Shown here piece by piece: positions 22,385-35,933 of a DNA stretch of 64,000 bases (its first letter is position 1; each line of letters opens with the position of its first letter). The notes below the pieces were generated by a model, which saw only the letters and a program-made list of their open reading frames with translations, was not told the origin of the DNA and did not search any database. The translations under genes were made by a program, and so were the position numbers. This DNA comes from Haliotis rubra (lineage: Eukaryota): positions 1,550,001 through 1,614,000 of the forward strand of contig NW_025767546.1 in NCBI RefSeq assembly GCF_003918875.1. Direction: 5' to 3'.

Positions 22385-25103
22385 TCTTTGTAAACCACCC
22401 TTATTTGAAGTGAGAAACGTGAATATTGATAAAATTGTGAACACTGCACCATTTATCATTTACAACCAATACAATATTATTTATTTGCGTCAAATAAGAA
22501 ATAGCACCATAGTGACAGAAAGTCATATAAGCACAAGGTACCATAGAAACACTGAGAAAGTGTTATCCCAAATATAACATATGTTACACTCAAACACCTT
22601 TTACGAACTATTTATGATTATACAACCTATTATTTCTTTGAAGCATTCTAACTTATGATAGGGTCAAAGGAAATCAATGCACAAATATACTTATAAACAG
22701 CCACATATGTGACGCCTACCAACTCTTTCCATTTCATAGCTGTTTTAAGCAAAATGTATGACTATGACTAGAATTTCCAAAATCAGTATTTTAGCCGCCT
22801 TTGCGTTAATGACATTTTGATTTAAAGTAGGAAGGTCACAATAAATTTTATGGAAAATTCTTGTCCAAAAGTCTCTGCAGATGCAATATACCAATCATAC
22901 AAACCAAATTTGTGTACATATAGACATAAAAAAATACCAAAAAAATACAAATATAATTTTCTTAAGAGCAAAAGCTGAAATTTCCCTTTTCCATAGAATA
23001 ACCCATTAGCATGTATCATTTGATCACAGAACAGATTCTATACACAGGACAAGATAATACAATCTACAAAATAGCAGAGAATGCAAGATTAAAGAACAAA
23101 ATAAACATGAACAGATTAATATTATCATATGTTAACTAAAAACTTCAACGAGAATAAAGAAGCCGCCCATCATATGTTAACCAAACATACAAAGGACAAG
23201 TCACTAAAACAATTTTAATCAATTGTGATCAATGGGTGAGGCTTATTTGAAAAAAAACCGGTATTGATTTGCGGCACCGAGGTTTGTACTTGAAATGTGT
23301 CTTTAGCGGCAACTGGTATTTTCACAAATGTGGTTTTCCCGGGCGGACACCGTGCGAACTGGGTCAGGCGTCACGTGGTACATTATGAGCCAATCAGAAA
23401 CTAGATGGCCACTTGAAGTTTCGCAAGCGCGTTGTTCGTCTGATTGGATCACAGGTGATCGTTTACCTTTGTAAGTAATATCGTTATTTTACATCTGTCA
23501 TTCAATACAAAACAGCTTACATGCATGATTATGTATCCTTTATAAGTATATATTCTATCGACACGGACCAGAATATGTCAGTTAGTGTTTGTACTGTCAA
23601 TAAACTCTGTCGTCTGCTCGCGTAATTCAATATACATGTACTTGTATATTGGCTCTAATGAAAGTTTGACAATGAGCTTAGGAGAACACCTGAGGGTTTA
23701 TGCCCGGACTGTCGACAACATGAATTAATCCGTCCAAATTACTTGTCGACAGTCTGGGAAAAGGGAGGTGATGTTCTACATGAGTGACTTCACTCCCAGT
23801 GTTCTCGAAATTAACAAACCAATTAAAACAGAGTGTGATATATATAGTAGACAATATAGTTATTCAGTCAATATAACAACATGCATGTATCATGCATGTA
23901 TCATATGTCACACAATATAACATATTTGTATAAAGCTCACACAATATATTTGTGTGTGTGTGTTTTATATAAATAAGTGATTTCTGCAGGTGTACAAGTA
24001 AAGAAATATAAAAGATGAGTCCAGTTATTTCTTCTTGCCAAAACTCCTTTATATCTGCACTAAAGTAATCTGAATGTTCAGCCAAGATGAAGCAACTGTG
24101 ATACATGGTCTGTGTAATGTAAGTCTGAGTAGATGAAGGTATATATAATGTATACGTTTATGTATTTAGTATGCTTAACAAGGGGTGGGCGCGCAACCAT
24201 GAGGAATTCAGTTTCAATAGATGGATCTTTATACAGCCTCATGTAGAATTTATGCGACAAGAGAGCTGTTTTCAGTGTTGATAGCTTCATTACCACACAT
24301 TATGTATTATGGAAGTGTTTGCGCATACCTATTGCTTGACTCTAAAATATCTGTGAAACAGACGCGTATATATCTTTAAAATAACTCAAACAAGTTCTGA
24401 AACACCACTTGATTATATTTCTCAAACTCCACCAGCGGGAGTACATGGGTTTTTACATGAATCCTGTACAAAGGCTTGTGGGGGTGGAGTAAACAAACAT
24501 AAAAGTGTGTTGAAGGCTGCTTTATCATGACAGAGGCTGTTAATGCATGCCACTCCAGCATGTGCCAATTTGCTTAAATTATGTAATGCATATCAGATCA
24601 ATTTAGCCCTCTCTGTCCCGCCGACATTGCTTGCCACGCGACAGAACGGCGGTGACCGAGTGCACGGAACCGGCTGATCTTGACGAGACATTCGTCCATA
24701 TCGTCCCGACATGTGTGCATTGGTTTCTCATTAATCTATGAAGTTCTATCAGTGGCGAACTAATTACAATCGTCCCCAATTGATTGCTTATTTTAAGACT
24801 TCGTCCCTTTCGTGCACATGATTCGGAATATTGGTCACCTAATTTATTAATGAGGCGTAATGCGTTTGGCGAGACGAAATTGGAATAGAATCGCATGGAG
24901 CGAGTCGCCGCTGTAATGATACATAAATCACATTTTTAATTTCAACACCATATTGATCTGGGATGCGGCGTCTGCTGATGATGACAATTACTGTTTCCAG
25001 GATTGTTTCGGGTTTCCGTGTATTTAGCTAGCATGGATTGAACAAAGAGGAATTCAGGGCAGGATGTGTATAAAAGTTTATTTTGAAAATCTTTAGCCAA
25101 CGG

Positions 25104-25392
25104 CTACTACTACTACTACTACTGCAGCTACCGCCGCCATCACCACCACCGAGATCTCAACATCACCGCCACCACGTCCATTATACATTTACTACTACGA
25201 CAGCTGCAGCTGCTGCTAGTATCACTACAACTCCTCCAACCACCACNNNNNNNNNNNNNNNNNNNNNNNNNNNNNNNNNNNNNNNNNNNNNNNNNNNNNN
25301 NNNNNNNNNNNNNNNNNNNNNNNNNNNNNNNNNNNNNNNNNNNNNNNNNNNNNNNNNNNNNNNNNNNNNNNNNNNNACTACCACTACTGCTA
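25104..25392. repeat. (CTA/CCA)n low-complexity tract around an assembly gap (N run 25247-25376)
   Basis: Trinucleotide repeats flank 130 Ns. Confidence 0.9.
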
Positions 25393-26208
25393 CTTTATTA
25401 AGAACCATGTTGCCACACCCTGTGTGTGTACATCATCAGGTATTGTGTGTGTAGTTTCACCAAGACCGTTGTGGAGGTACTTCCGAGTACGACTTGAACA
25501 CGACCGGAATGTTATGAATTGTAGTAACGTACAAATACCCTCGGGGAATTCCACATACTTCTTACACGTCGCTTCATCAGCAGGTGGACGTTTATGTCAT
25601 AACATGTATATAAAACTAAGAAAGGTTATTAATTATGCTCTAAACTGACTTGCGAAATCAATTACACTCACTGGGGTTATCAGTCATAGAGATTTATGTA
25701 CTGGTGAGGGGGTGTCGCAGCTTGTAGAGTAGGTGATGCATAAGCTAGTGAAACAAATGTGTGTTCAGTTGACCAAGGCTTTCTATGACAAAATGCTCTT
25801 GATTTCTGCCACTACAGTGTATTACTACAGCGATGTCTATACTAGGTACAGAGATACTGGAATGTTGACATCTAATTACTGTGTCCGTTCTTTATTTTTC
25901 AGATTCCAGGTCGACAGGTGTGTTCTGCTTGCTGTATTGATCGTGCACTTTGCTCCTGTCTTACCGTAACTTGCATCCGGCATACTGATCACGCAATTTA
26001 ACACTTTGTAAACAATGCACCACTCGTCCAACCCTTTCTGATGTAGTTTTGTAATCAAGCAAAACATTTCGGGCGTGAAATGACATTTTATATATTATAT
26101 TATATATATTACTGTCACTCAAGAATCTTAAGATGTTCCTCTAATTCATAAGTGGTTTGAAACACTTTTGAGAAGGTGCCTTATCACCGTTCACACGTGA
26201 AGGGTATG

Positions 26209-26368
26209 TGTGAGTGAGTGAGTCAAGTTTTACGCCACTTTTATTACAGCAATATCACAGCGGGGGACACCCGAAATGGGCTTCACACATTGTACCCAAG
26301 TGGGGAAATGAACTTGGGTCTTCAGCTTGACGAGCGGACGCTTTAACCACTAGGCTACCCCACCGCCC
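26209..26368 (-). mobile_element. SINE family A
   Basis: TSD CGTGAAGGGTATG at 26196-26208 and 26369-26381. Confidence 0.88.
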
Positions 26369-27187
26369 CGTGAAGGGTATGAGCGTAAACTGCATATTAT
26401 TAACCAAAGCAGAAATGTAAGCTAGACGTTGCTTCACTCTGTCATGTCACCTTTGTACGGGGTGATGATACCGATGTACCTGAACCATCAGTCGATGTGG
26501 GTGTTATTGAGCCAGTGAAACCTGTGTATTGCTGTATCGCTGTCGACACCCCTTGTGATAGTGTGAAATACGACACACAGAGACATTGGTATTATCATTG
26601 TACGTGTTTCATATTATATCCATACAAACTCGACTAGGGCGAGCATGTCTATAAACCACATCTATAAATCTAATTGTGTCTACTGTCAACCACAGCTGTC
26701 GGCACAGGTGATAACAATGCAGTGAAGCAGTATACCTGTACACCTCAAACGTCCTGGCGGGTCCGTGCACTGTCTCTTACTGGCCCGGACTGAGCATAGC
26801 CACACAGAGGTTGGTGGACATGTATGTTGGCTTATACAGAACGTGGGAACTTACCAGCTTCAGCAATAATTGGACGAAATATGTGATGCTAAGGTAATTT
26901 CATCGTACTTTTAATACTATAAATATGCTGGCCTCGGGGATAAATCGGTTTCACATGATATGCGTGTATGGGATAGTACAGTTACATTAGCATTCCCAAT
27001 GTAACGGTGTACATTAAACTGGAAGATGAGTATCTTCTTACGCATCATATTAATCTTTACACCTTTCTTAAAATCGAAAGCTATTTCAGATTTGACTTTA
27101 CAGAGTTTCAAGTGTCTTGAGGTCGCTCTCCAGTCAGCCATGAGTGTGGAAAAAGAGTTTCCTACTCCCACTGACCCTTTACCGGTG

Positions 27188-27356
27188 GGCGGGCGGTGGG
27201 GTAGCCTAGTGGTTAAAGCGATCGCTCGTCACGCCGACGACCCGGGTTCGATTCCCCACATGGGTACAATTTGTGAAGCCCAATGCTGGTGTCACGCCGT
27301 GATATTGCTGGAATATTGCTAAAGGCGGCGTAAAACTAAAAGTCACTCACTCGCTC
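27188..27356 (+). mobile_element. SINE family A
   Basis: A and B boxes, (TCAC)n tail, TSD TACCGGTG. Confidence 0.88.
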
Positions 27357-28707
27357 TACCGGTGAGCGCTAATGAACGTCAGCATAGTGATAATGACGCT
27401 GGACAGTGATGCCGGGTCGCCGAGTTGCACGGATCTGTCAGTGTCTCCTGCACATCAATTTTTCGTTATTAGTCATCCACGGGTCTATAAGGCAGGACCG
27501 GTTCTCGCGTGGAAGTATGCTTGCGGACCATGTCACTCTCACGTTAAAGCAGGATTTCATCCATAATCTTTTCATCGCAATATTAGATTTTACAACTCGA
27601 CCGTGAACCGAAGCGACAAATACATGGAGGTTAATCTAACATAATGGAAGCATTATCTATGCGGCCCAGCGTGAAGCGATAACTCGGCAAGTAATGCTCA
27701 AGAGTGGGTTAACTGGTGTGGGCGGGCACACGTCTTGAGGGGGAGGGGGGAAGCTGGCAGTTGTAATACCAGTGTGAAATACCTGCTAACACCACAATAA
27801 TTCGTTTTATTCAGACTTTTAAACCCTTCTCTTCATTATTCATAACTTAAATTTCGAGGTAAATATGATGCATACCAGCATATTTAATCACGTAAACCAC
27901 AAAAAATAAGAGACGTTAGTTGCCGTGTTGCGATCGATGTGCTTAGATGCGCGGAATTACCGGGCGGCATTGTATATCTTAAACTGGAATTAATATTCAG
28001 TTTTCATAAAACTGTCAAATTATCTGTCAGTTATTTACTAACCTTTAATTAAAATGAATGATTAAAAGCCATTCCCTTGTAGAAATGTCCCGATTTCAAG
28101 CGTAAATTTGGTAGCAGACGATGTTTACCTGCGATACGGAAGTACGCTATTGCTGGACGCGATAACCGGACGCGCGGAATTACGGGACTTGCTTGTAATT
28201 GACTTTGAAATATTGAAGACACCACGCATACAATACCAGGTAGTTTTAGAGCATGTGTATTTAATGTGCATGGTCATCAACATTAGGGAAGTGTAAAGTC
28301 CAACAAATAAATGATTGATAAAACGACCCGGAAAATTGTGATCGTTATCAAGGCCCGTTTCCTGGTATGACATGTCAGCAGATAAAACAATGGAAGTAGG
28401 TCGATGCGTGTAGTTGTGACAACAACATGCACGAGTGTGGTGGATTATGCAGGATATAAAACCAGTGTGGCGATTTGCTCAGGGGGCGGGATGAAGGAAA
28501 GTCCAGCGTTATGATGAATACTCCTGACGGGGATAACGCCCGGCGTGCGACACATCTCAGGTCTCGGACAACGGCTAACGCTGTCTCTACATACTTAAAC
28601 GCGATTTACTGCAGCTACTTAAAACAGTTTTCTAGAGAAAAGCCCGAATTCGGAGATAAGTAGGTTAATTCTGACGATGACGAGATACAGTCTGACAAAT
28701 TATACAT

Positions 28708-28937
28708 AGCATCCTTGAAAAACACAGGTACACAATATATTATAAGGCATTATGTTAAATACAGGCACGCAGTTAATTGTACAGGTATCTCAGTATAGAC
28801 ACGCACTATACGACGCCTGTATCCTTGAAAAACACAGGTACACAATATATGTTTAGGCATTATGTAAAATACAGGCACGCAGTTAATTGTACAAGCATCT
28901 CTGTATGAGCACGTAGTATACGATGCATGCATCCTTA
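28708..28937. repeat. ~110-bp tandem duplication
   Basis: ATCCTTGAAAAACACAGGTACACAATATAT...GGCACGCAGTTAATTGTACA occurs twice. Confidence 0.8.
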
Positions 28938-31112
28938 GATTGCAGCTGCTATGTGAATTATTATTATGAATGTTTTCTGATAAATGTTTTGCAAATAATC
29001 GATAAATTATTGTAGCGTTAAATGAATAACTGTATCTATGATAATTTCATGGTGGCAGTTTCGAAAGTGACCCATATGAAACGTTTGTCCTATTCCCCAA
29101 CCGCAGACATGCCCACAGATTTAGCTCTGCCAAACGTGCGCGCAAGTCATCATGGCGGCGGCTTCAGTGACAAGATAGCACAGGTTGGGGGATGCTTCAA
29201 GTAGGGATTGCTTACAGTTGAAATTATCAGATTTCTTTATTTTATCTGATAGAAAGAGCCCAGCTGTTAGCTCTCGACTTTGAATCTAATGTGAGAACGG
29301 AGAGATCACATCTCATTTCCTTCCTTTGCTCTTATATTGAGGAAACACAACCATCGCTCCAACCATTATAACGCTCCATCCAAAATTCTATAACGCTATG
29401 CGAATGTAACACATGACAAACCAATCTCTCCCGGGGTTTGCAAATATGATCAAGCGAGGTAATACATTTGGAATTCCATCAAATTATGACACATAATTTG
29501 TTATTACACGGTGATACTGCTTTAAGAACGGGTGAGCTTGCCACTTGCCCCATCACCGTCATGTCGAACCAGAGTCGCGTTTTAAACCCGAGAACGCATG
29601 CCAAAGGTTTCTTTGTAGCTCTCTAAACAGTGATAGGTATAGGTAAATAAATGTCACGTGAATATGTGTGCTGGGAACGCCCTGGGACCCCATTGTCGGC
29701 AGCCATGTTTCAATATAATCCCTTAAAGATGATCGCATAAAATGCCATGAAATGGCATTTAAAGAAATATTTCGTTGTATAAACAGTTTCCTGTTGTGAT
29801 TTTTCTATTCTGTTTGCTGATAAACATCCATCAGTAACGGATTTAGCTAACACAATTCGACACTACTGTGGGCTGAGAAACAATATTCAGAAATGACAGT
29901 CAGCGTTTTCACAGGGAATAAAATCTCAGATCAAGGCTGGTTGTGACCAGTTTACACATTACAGAACTAAAACTATCATAAAAAGAGTTGATGTACTCAC
30001 CTAAAGTGAAATATATCCGAAAACTCAACACAAAACAAAGTTCAGTGAAAAATCCTTGATGTGAATAACAGCTTCACTGTATGAGCAGCTCGTCTTCTGT
30101 CAGGCGCTTGTGGGCATGCTAGGCGCCGATTGGTTGCAGTAGTCACGTGGTGTACTATGGATTCTTGCAGCTGGCGCGAACCTTAAATTCCAATATTGGA
30201 TGATTAACATCCAAGACAGTATTCCTAATCAGCGAGAGATGCAATCGCTGCAACAGATGCCACTTTCGACGCTTATGATGGTTTGTTGGTCACTTTAATC
30301 TCGCGTCTCTGCAACACGCCTTGGGAATAGAGCCAATGGAGGAGGTAATCACTGTACTAAGTCTCGTCTCGCACGTTTTATACAAAACTCCTGTAGAACG
30401 CATTATTAGGTCAGAACCCCGCTTGGTCTACAAGGCGTTATGATGCATCTAGATTATACACAGTTCAAATTGACCATTAGACCCTGTACATATCTTACAG
30501 GGAAACAGTTAATAAATTAACTTGATAAAGCACAATAAAACGGAGCCAGGAGTCTTTAGTCACTTTCAGAAACTGCAGTAATCCACATTGTATACTTGCA
30601 TGGGCTTCTTGGATATGACAGAATAACGAATCAAACTGCCGCAGTGTCTGTTGCTTCGTTGACGTCCGGGGTATTATTATGTTACTAGTATAGTGTACAG
30701 TGAAATTACCTGACAAGGAAAAGGAACACGGAAGGTTCACTTGGTCATATTTCACTCCACTATCTGCACCGCCCTCCTCGTTGTGACGTCACATACAGGA
30801 CATAATGTAACATTAGAACGGGTAGCTTAAACCGGGAGAGATGTCACAGTAGAGGTGATATTTTGTCAGATGGATATAGTTTCAGTTCCGAGCGTCAGCA
30901 GGATGATATTTTATCCTTTGTTTCACAGTGGCATTGCAGGTCTTAAATACACAATATTTATGTTACGCTGTTGCGGAAGCGCAAAGTTGGCTACTCCGTT
31001 GTCATAACAACTGCTGATATATCTTTTTTTCGTAAAAACAACGATAATTGTAAAACAAATACTTGCATATCTATGTATAATGTAGATGACGATAAGGGTT
31101 CATCATATGTAG

Positions 31113-31186
31113 TGAGTGAGTGAGTTTGGTTTTACGCCGCTTTTAGCAATATTCCTGCAATATCACGGCGGGGGACACCAGAAATG
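31113..31186 (-). mobile_element. 5'-truncated SINE family A
   Basis: Tail plus body fragment; TSD ATCATATGTAG at 31102-31112 and 31187-31197. Confidence 0.8.
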
Positions 31187-31189
31187 ATC

Positions 31190-31482
31190 ATATGTAGATA
31201 TGTACAGGTAAATGAAGATACGGCGTATATCTCCTGTAGATATGCACAGGTAAATGAAGATACGGGGGTATATCACGTGTAGATATATACAGGTAAATGA
31301 AGATAGGGAGTATATCACGTGTAGATATATACAGGTAGATGAAGATACGGAGTATGTCACGTGTAGATATATACAGGTAAATGAAGATACGGAGTATATC
31401 ACGTGTAGATATATACAGGTAAATGAAGATACGGAGTATATCACATGTAGATATATACAGGTTATAAATGAAGATACGGGTA
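31190..31482. repeat. 42-bp minisatellite (CACGTGTAGATATATACAGGTAAATGAAGATACGGAGTATAT), ~7 copies
   Basis: Tandem array; isolated monomers also near 31670, 31715 and 32815. Confidence 0.9.
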
Positions 31483-32125
31483 TAATAATGATAGATATGC
31501 ATTGCTAACGCGCCTGCTTTCCAACTTCCAGCTGTTCAACGGCACTCAAACAAATCTAGGGTAGATAGATTCTAGAGAAAAGGAAGGTTTTTAAGTGAGT
31601 TCGAAAGTATGAGACGTTCTCGATGCAAAGGAGTTTGAGGGGAACACAGTTTCAAATAACTGGGGCTGTGTAGATATGCACAGGTAAATGTACATATAGG
31701 GTATCTATTCACATAGATGTGTACAGGTAGAGGAAGATATATTTGGGAAACACATACCTGGCAAGTAATGGTATACCACAGCAGTAGAGCTAAGACTGGC
31801 TGCAGGCTCCCAATGATGTCGGTGTTATATGCGAGTAACGGCAATTAGCGGTCTCCTCGGTCCGCTACACATAGTACGCGACAACAAAGACACTAATGGC
31901 CATGAATACTTGATGTGTGACCCAAGGAATGCAGCTATTTCAATCATTGGCAAGGTGGTTTTTCCCAATTAGCACATTTAGTCGGCATTGTCTAACCTCA
32001 CGAATAATTTACAGGCCAATGGGAGTACGACTTCCAACGAACGTGTAAATTGGCATTGTACAACCACATACTGACACTGCCAATGGATAAAAGTCATGGG
32101 TGTTTCAATCTATTCTATCAGTATG

Positions 32126-32294
32126 GGTGATTAGATTGAGTATGATTTTACGTTGCTAATAGCAAGTATTCCAGCAATAGCACAGCGGTGGACACCAAAA
32201 ATTGGCTTCACATATTGTAACCATGGGGAGAATGGAACCCGGGTCTTCGGCGTGACGAGCGAACGCTTTAACCACTAGGCTACCCCACCGCCCC
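32126..32294 (-). mobile_element. SINE family A
   Basis: Consensus match; imperfect TSD CTATCAG(T/C)ATG. Confidence 0.85.
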
Positions 32295-32427
32295 CTATCA
32301 GCATGACAAATATATAGTCAGAGGCGGAAACAGAAAGCACCAAGCATACGGTTTTGCTAGGAGCTGCCCGCTGGTTAGTTACCTATATCAAGCGTGAGAC
32401 AAATCACTATTTCCTTCTCGAAGTAAG

Positions 32428-32780
32428 GTGAGGTGAGGTGAAATTGGGTTTTACGTCGTGCTTGAGAATATTTCGCTCATATGACGACGTGCATGCGTGT
32501 GTATGTGCGGCTGCTTGTACTAGCCCAGACTGAAGCTGGTTTTATAGTGCTAGCCCACTGAGATACCATGCCGCAGTGAAGCATGAATACCCCACTCAGA
32601 CACATTGTACTGACTCCGAACCGACCAGTCCTTGTTGTACCCTTAATGCCGAGCGCCAGACAGGGACCAACAAGTACCATATTTAAACGTCTTTTGGTAT
32701 GACGCGGTCGGGGATCGAACCCGCGACCTTCCGCTCTCCGGGCGGACGCTCTAACCACTACACCACGGAGGCGGTCCTCC
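32428..32780 (-). mobile_element. tRNA-derived SINE family C, full length, (CACCT)n tail
   Basis: A-box TGGTGTAGTGG, B-box GGTTCGATCCC, core GTCATACCAAAAGACG..AAATATGGTAC (resembles the Meta-type SINE domain, tentative); TSD CGAAGTAAG. Near-identical to 45032-45355. Confidence 0.88.
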
Positions 32781-34706
32781 CGAAGTAAGAACACACAATA
32801 TACGGGTATACCATATGTAGACATGTACAGGTAAATAAAGATATATTATTCTATATTTCTGCAGACTGATAACATACATAGCCGCCACGGTGTTGTTGAA
32901 AGGTTACAGCCTTCGCCAGATGTCAAGTCCCCGACTTTATCACGACCCAATGAGACAGTATTCATCCATATGTGTGCAGTTTCATTGATGGGCAAGAGGC
33001 ACACATGTGAAAGAATATTTTCCTAAATAATGAACTATTATGCTGGTGAATAATTCTTTCCACTGATGTTTTGCTGACGTGGTGTACGTCTGATAGTCAC
33101 GCGCCTGTCTTGCAAGATGGCATGGACGACAGCATTGACGTCTTGCTCTGTGGTGACTTCACAAGGTCGACCACAGCGTGCCTCATCTTCAGTGCTCTTT
33201 CTCCCACTTTATAGTCTGCATACCACTGCTTGACAGTACTGTATGAAGGAGCAGTATCTTCTAATGTCTGTGTCATGTCTTTATGAATTTGCTTTAGGGC
33301 GTATTATTGTAAATGTTGGTTATTGATTACAGCTCTAATTTCTGTTTGTCCACCTCGAGACTGTAGCAGTGTTTAGGTATCGTAGAAAGGGATTGTCATC
33401 TAAGCATCATCTAACCTCATATATCAAGGAGGTATGTATTTTAAAATATTTACCAAAGTATTGACATGTTTGATACGTTTCATGGACGGACTGGGAACTG
33501 TGGTGGCAAACCTCGTATGATCATGTATTCAACAACCACCACTGGAATGTAAGGTGTAGGAAGGGCCTTTTCACAGTAAAAGACGATACGTATTTGATTG
33601 ATTACATCGTGATTGATCAGCAGCCTATCTTGCTCCAAATGAGTAATATTTCAGTTGTGTGCATTTTGGTGTTTAGGTAGATACATCTACATTCTATTAG
33701 AGCCGTGTTTGTTTTCCGTGGTTTGGTGAAGTGGAAGGCGTGTCGGACTGCCCGGGCAGAGGGAGATCGAGCACGTCTGTAGGACGCTGCAGGTACAACA
33801 CGGACACAACACATGTCTTGCTGACCCTATGTTTAAAGACATTTGAACTATATTACGTTTCATGTTGTTATCCGTTTAACGATCTTTGAAATATGCATTG
33901 ATCAACAGTGTATAAATGCTTATCGATCTCTTGGCTTTCTTGTTATATCTCTTGCATTGTCTTGCTTTGCCTGTACATCACTGAACCGGAACTGTGTAAA
34001 GCGGGAACGTCAATACCAGGATATAAGCGCGATCGCAGACAATAGAACTAGCCAATACATGTAATAATCTCAGCTCGAGTTGTTCCACCCGACGTCAATT
34101 AGCGGGTTATGAGGTGGCGATAATACCTACGTGTAAACTACGACGGTGTTATGTTAAGTTGTCTGTTTAGACAGGTAGATACAAGTCCCTCACACCCCTA
34201 TATCAGAGATTATGACCTTTCTGTAATTGTGTGGAAACAGAAACAAATATTTAGTCAAAGGTTTATTTACTAAAATATGTTTCAGGGGTTGCACATCCGT
34301 TTTAAGTGTGTGGTACACGCATGTCGAAGGGAGCAAATTTGCCCAGCGGATCCAGTACTAACCGGGTGTAGATGAACATTTATAGCACGAAAGGTATGAC
34401 CCAGGTGGTGATGGCGCTATGTACAGATAAATAAGAATAATTTACTTGATTCTCAGAGAAATACTAGTGAGTGAGTATGATTTTACGCCGCACTTAGCAA
34501 CCTCCCCCAGAGTAATAATAACAATATGTACTTGCCATACTTTATCCCCAGTATGTTGTGATAATACAGTTGTGTACATGCTTGTGTTGGCGCAATGTTC
34601 ACCTTTCATTGTAACCACCTTGTGCTGGAGTAAAGTACGCAATCAGTACGTGAATCCTTAAGGACGTGAAGCACCGACCCGTCCCTGCTGTTTGTTCAGA
34701 TTTAGA

Positions 34707-34918
34707 CCTGTGAAGATCCATGTTAGAATTGATCTTCAGTAACCCATGCTTGTCATAAAAGGCTACTAACGGGATCGGGTGGTCAGGCTCGCTGACCTGG
34801 TTGACACATGCCATCGTATCCCATGTATCGATGCTCATGCTGTTGATCACTGGATTGTCTGGTCCAGACACGATTATTTACAAAAAAGCCGCCTTATAGT
34901 TGGAATAACTCACTCACT
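34707..34918 (+). mobile_element. SINE family B
   Basis: Aligns with the reverse complement of 141-390. Confidence 0.82.
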
Positions 34919-35453
34919 TGTTTAGATTTTATAATTATTACAAAGTTGAAATCCCGTGGTAGATCTTGTACTTCAGTCAAACCCCAGCAGTGAGTAGTTG
35001 CACTCTCTAACTGGAGGATTTTAAGTCCCTCTGATATTTGGAGATCAGCACACTACTCCCAAAGGTTAGTCTGAGGTAGGTCTTGTCTCTATCATTTGGA
35101 GGTGGGGCAGTTATGCTAGAACTTACTCAAGGTGTGTGTGTAAGCAGTGTAATGAGTCTATGCTGTGATAGATTCTTGTTGAATTATTGTAACTTATATA
35201 CTATTAGCTTTAATCCAGGCTGGTTGTAAGATGCTATTTCTGTTGGTTTTAACGACACATCTTTGTGATATGTGTCCTTCCTGTAACCATGTACAGTTAA
35301 CTACGGATATAACGTACTCGCTTGTAAGTATTGTCGGATATAACAAACTGTGCCCTTGCTGTATTGTATTAATACACTGTCAGCACGCACCGTGTGGTTT
35401 TCCTTCTCGAGAAGCCGCAAATCCCGGGTTAGTACAGTGGTTCCCGAGGTTTC

Positions 35454-35933
35454 ACAGGTTTTCGAATCACTGTTTGGACAATAAATATATGTTTTTAATA
35501 TTCTACCGCTACACTCGTTGCATAAAATACACAAGCCTGTAGCGGTGGAATTTTCTAAAATCGTATTTCTTCACATCCTCGATAATCTCCAGGGTATACG
35601 TTACGATCACTCTCCACTGTGTATAGTATACCCTGGAGATTATCGAGGATGTGAAGAAATAAGATTTTAGAAAATTCCACCGCTACAGGCTTGTTTTTTT
35701 TTATGCAACGAGTGTAGCGGTAGAATATTAAAAACATATATTTTAATATACATGTCCACTACATGGTGGAGAGTGATCGAGTGGAGTGGAGAGAATTGAG
35801 AATGATGCCTTCAACGATTTCGTTCAAATTAAAAATATATATGAATAATAACATACAAAACAATGTATCTTTGCAAAAGTCGAGATTTTTATTTTTTTAA
35901 ATTATTGTTCAAACAGTGATCCGAACCCCTGTG
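35454..35933. mobile_element. TIR MITE (CACAGG.TTCGAATCACTGTTTGGACAATAA) containing a nested near-perfect fold-back at 35484-35743
   Basis: An uninterrupted sister copy lies at 38066-38236. Inner arms are ~115 bp with a ~25-bp spacer. Confidence 0.8.

Noticed and set aside
30129-30149. ER-stress element (ERSE)
   Set aside because: Order and spacing fit neither CCAAT-N9-CCACG nor ATTGG-N-CCACG; better read as an E-box plus CCAAT.
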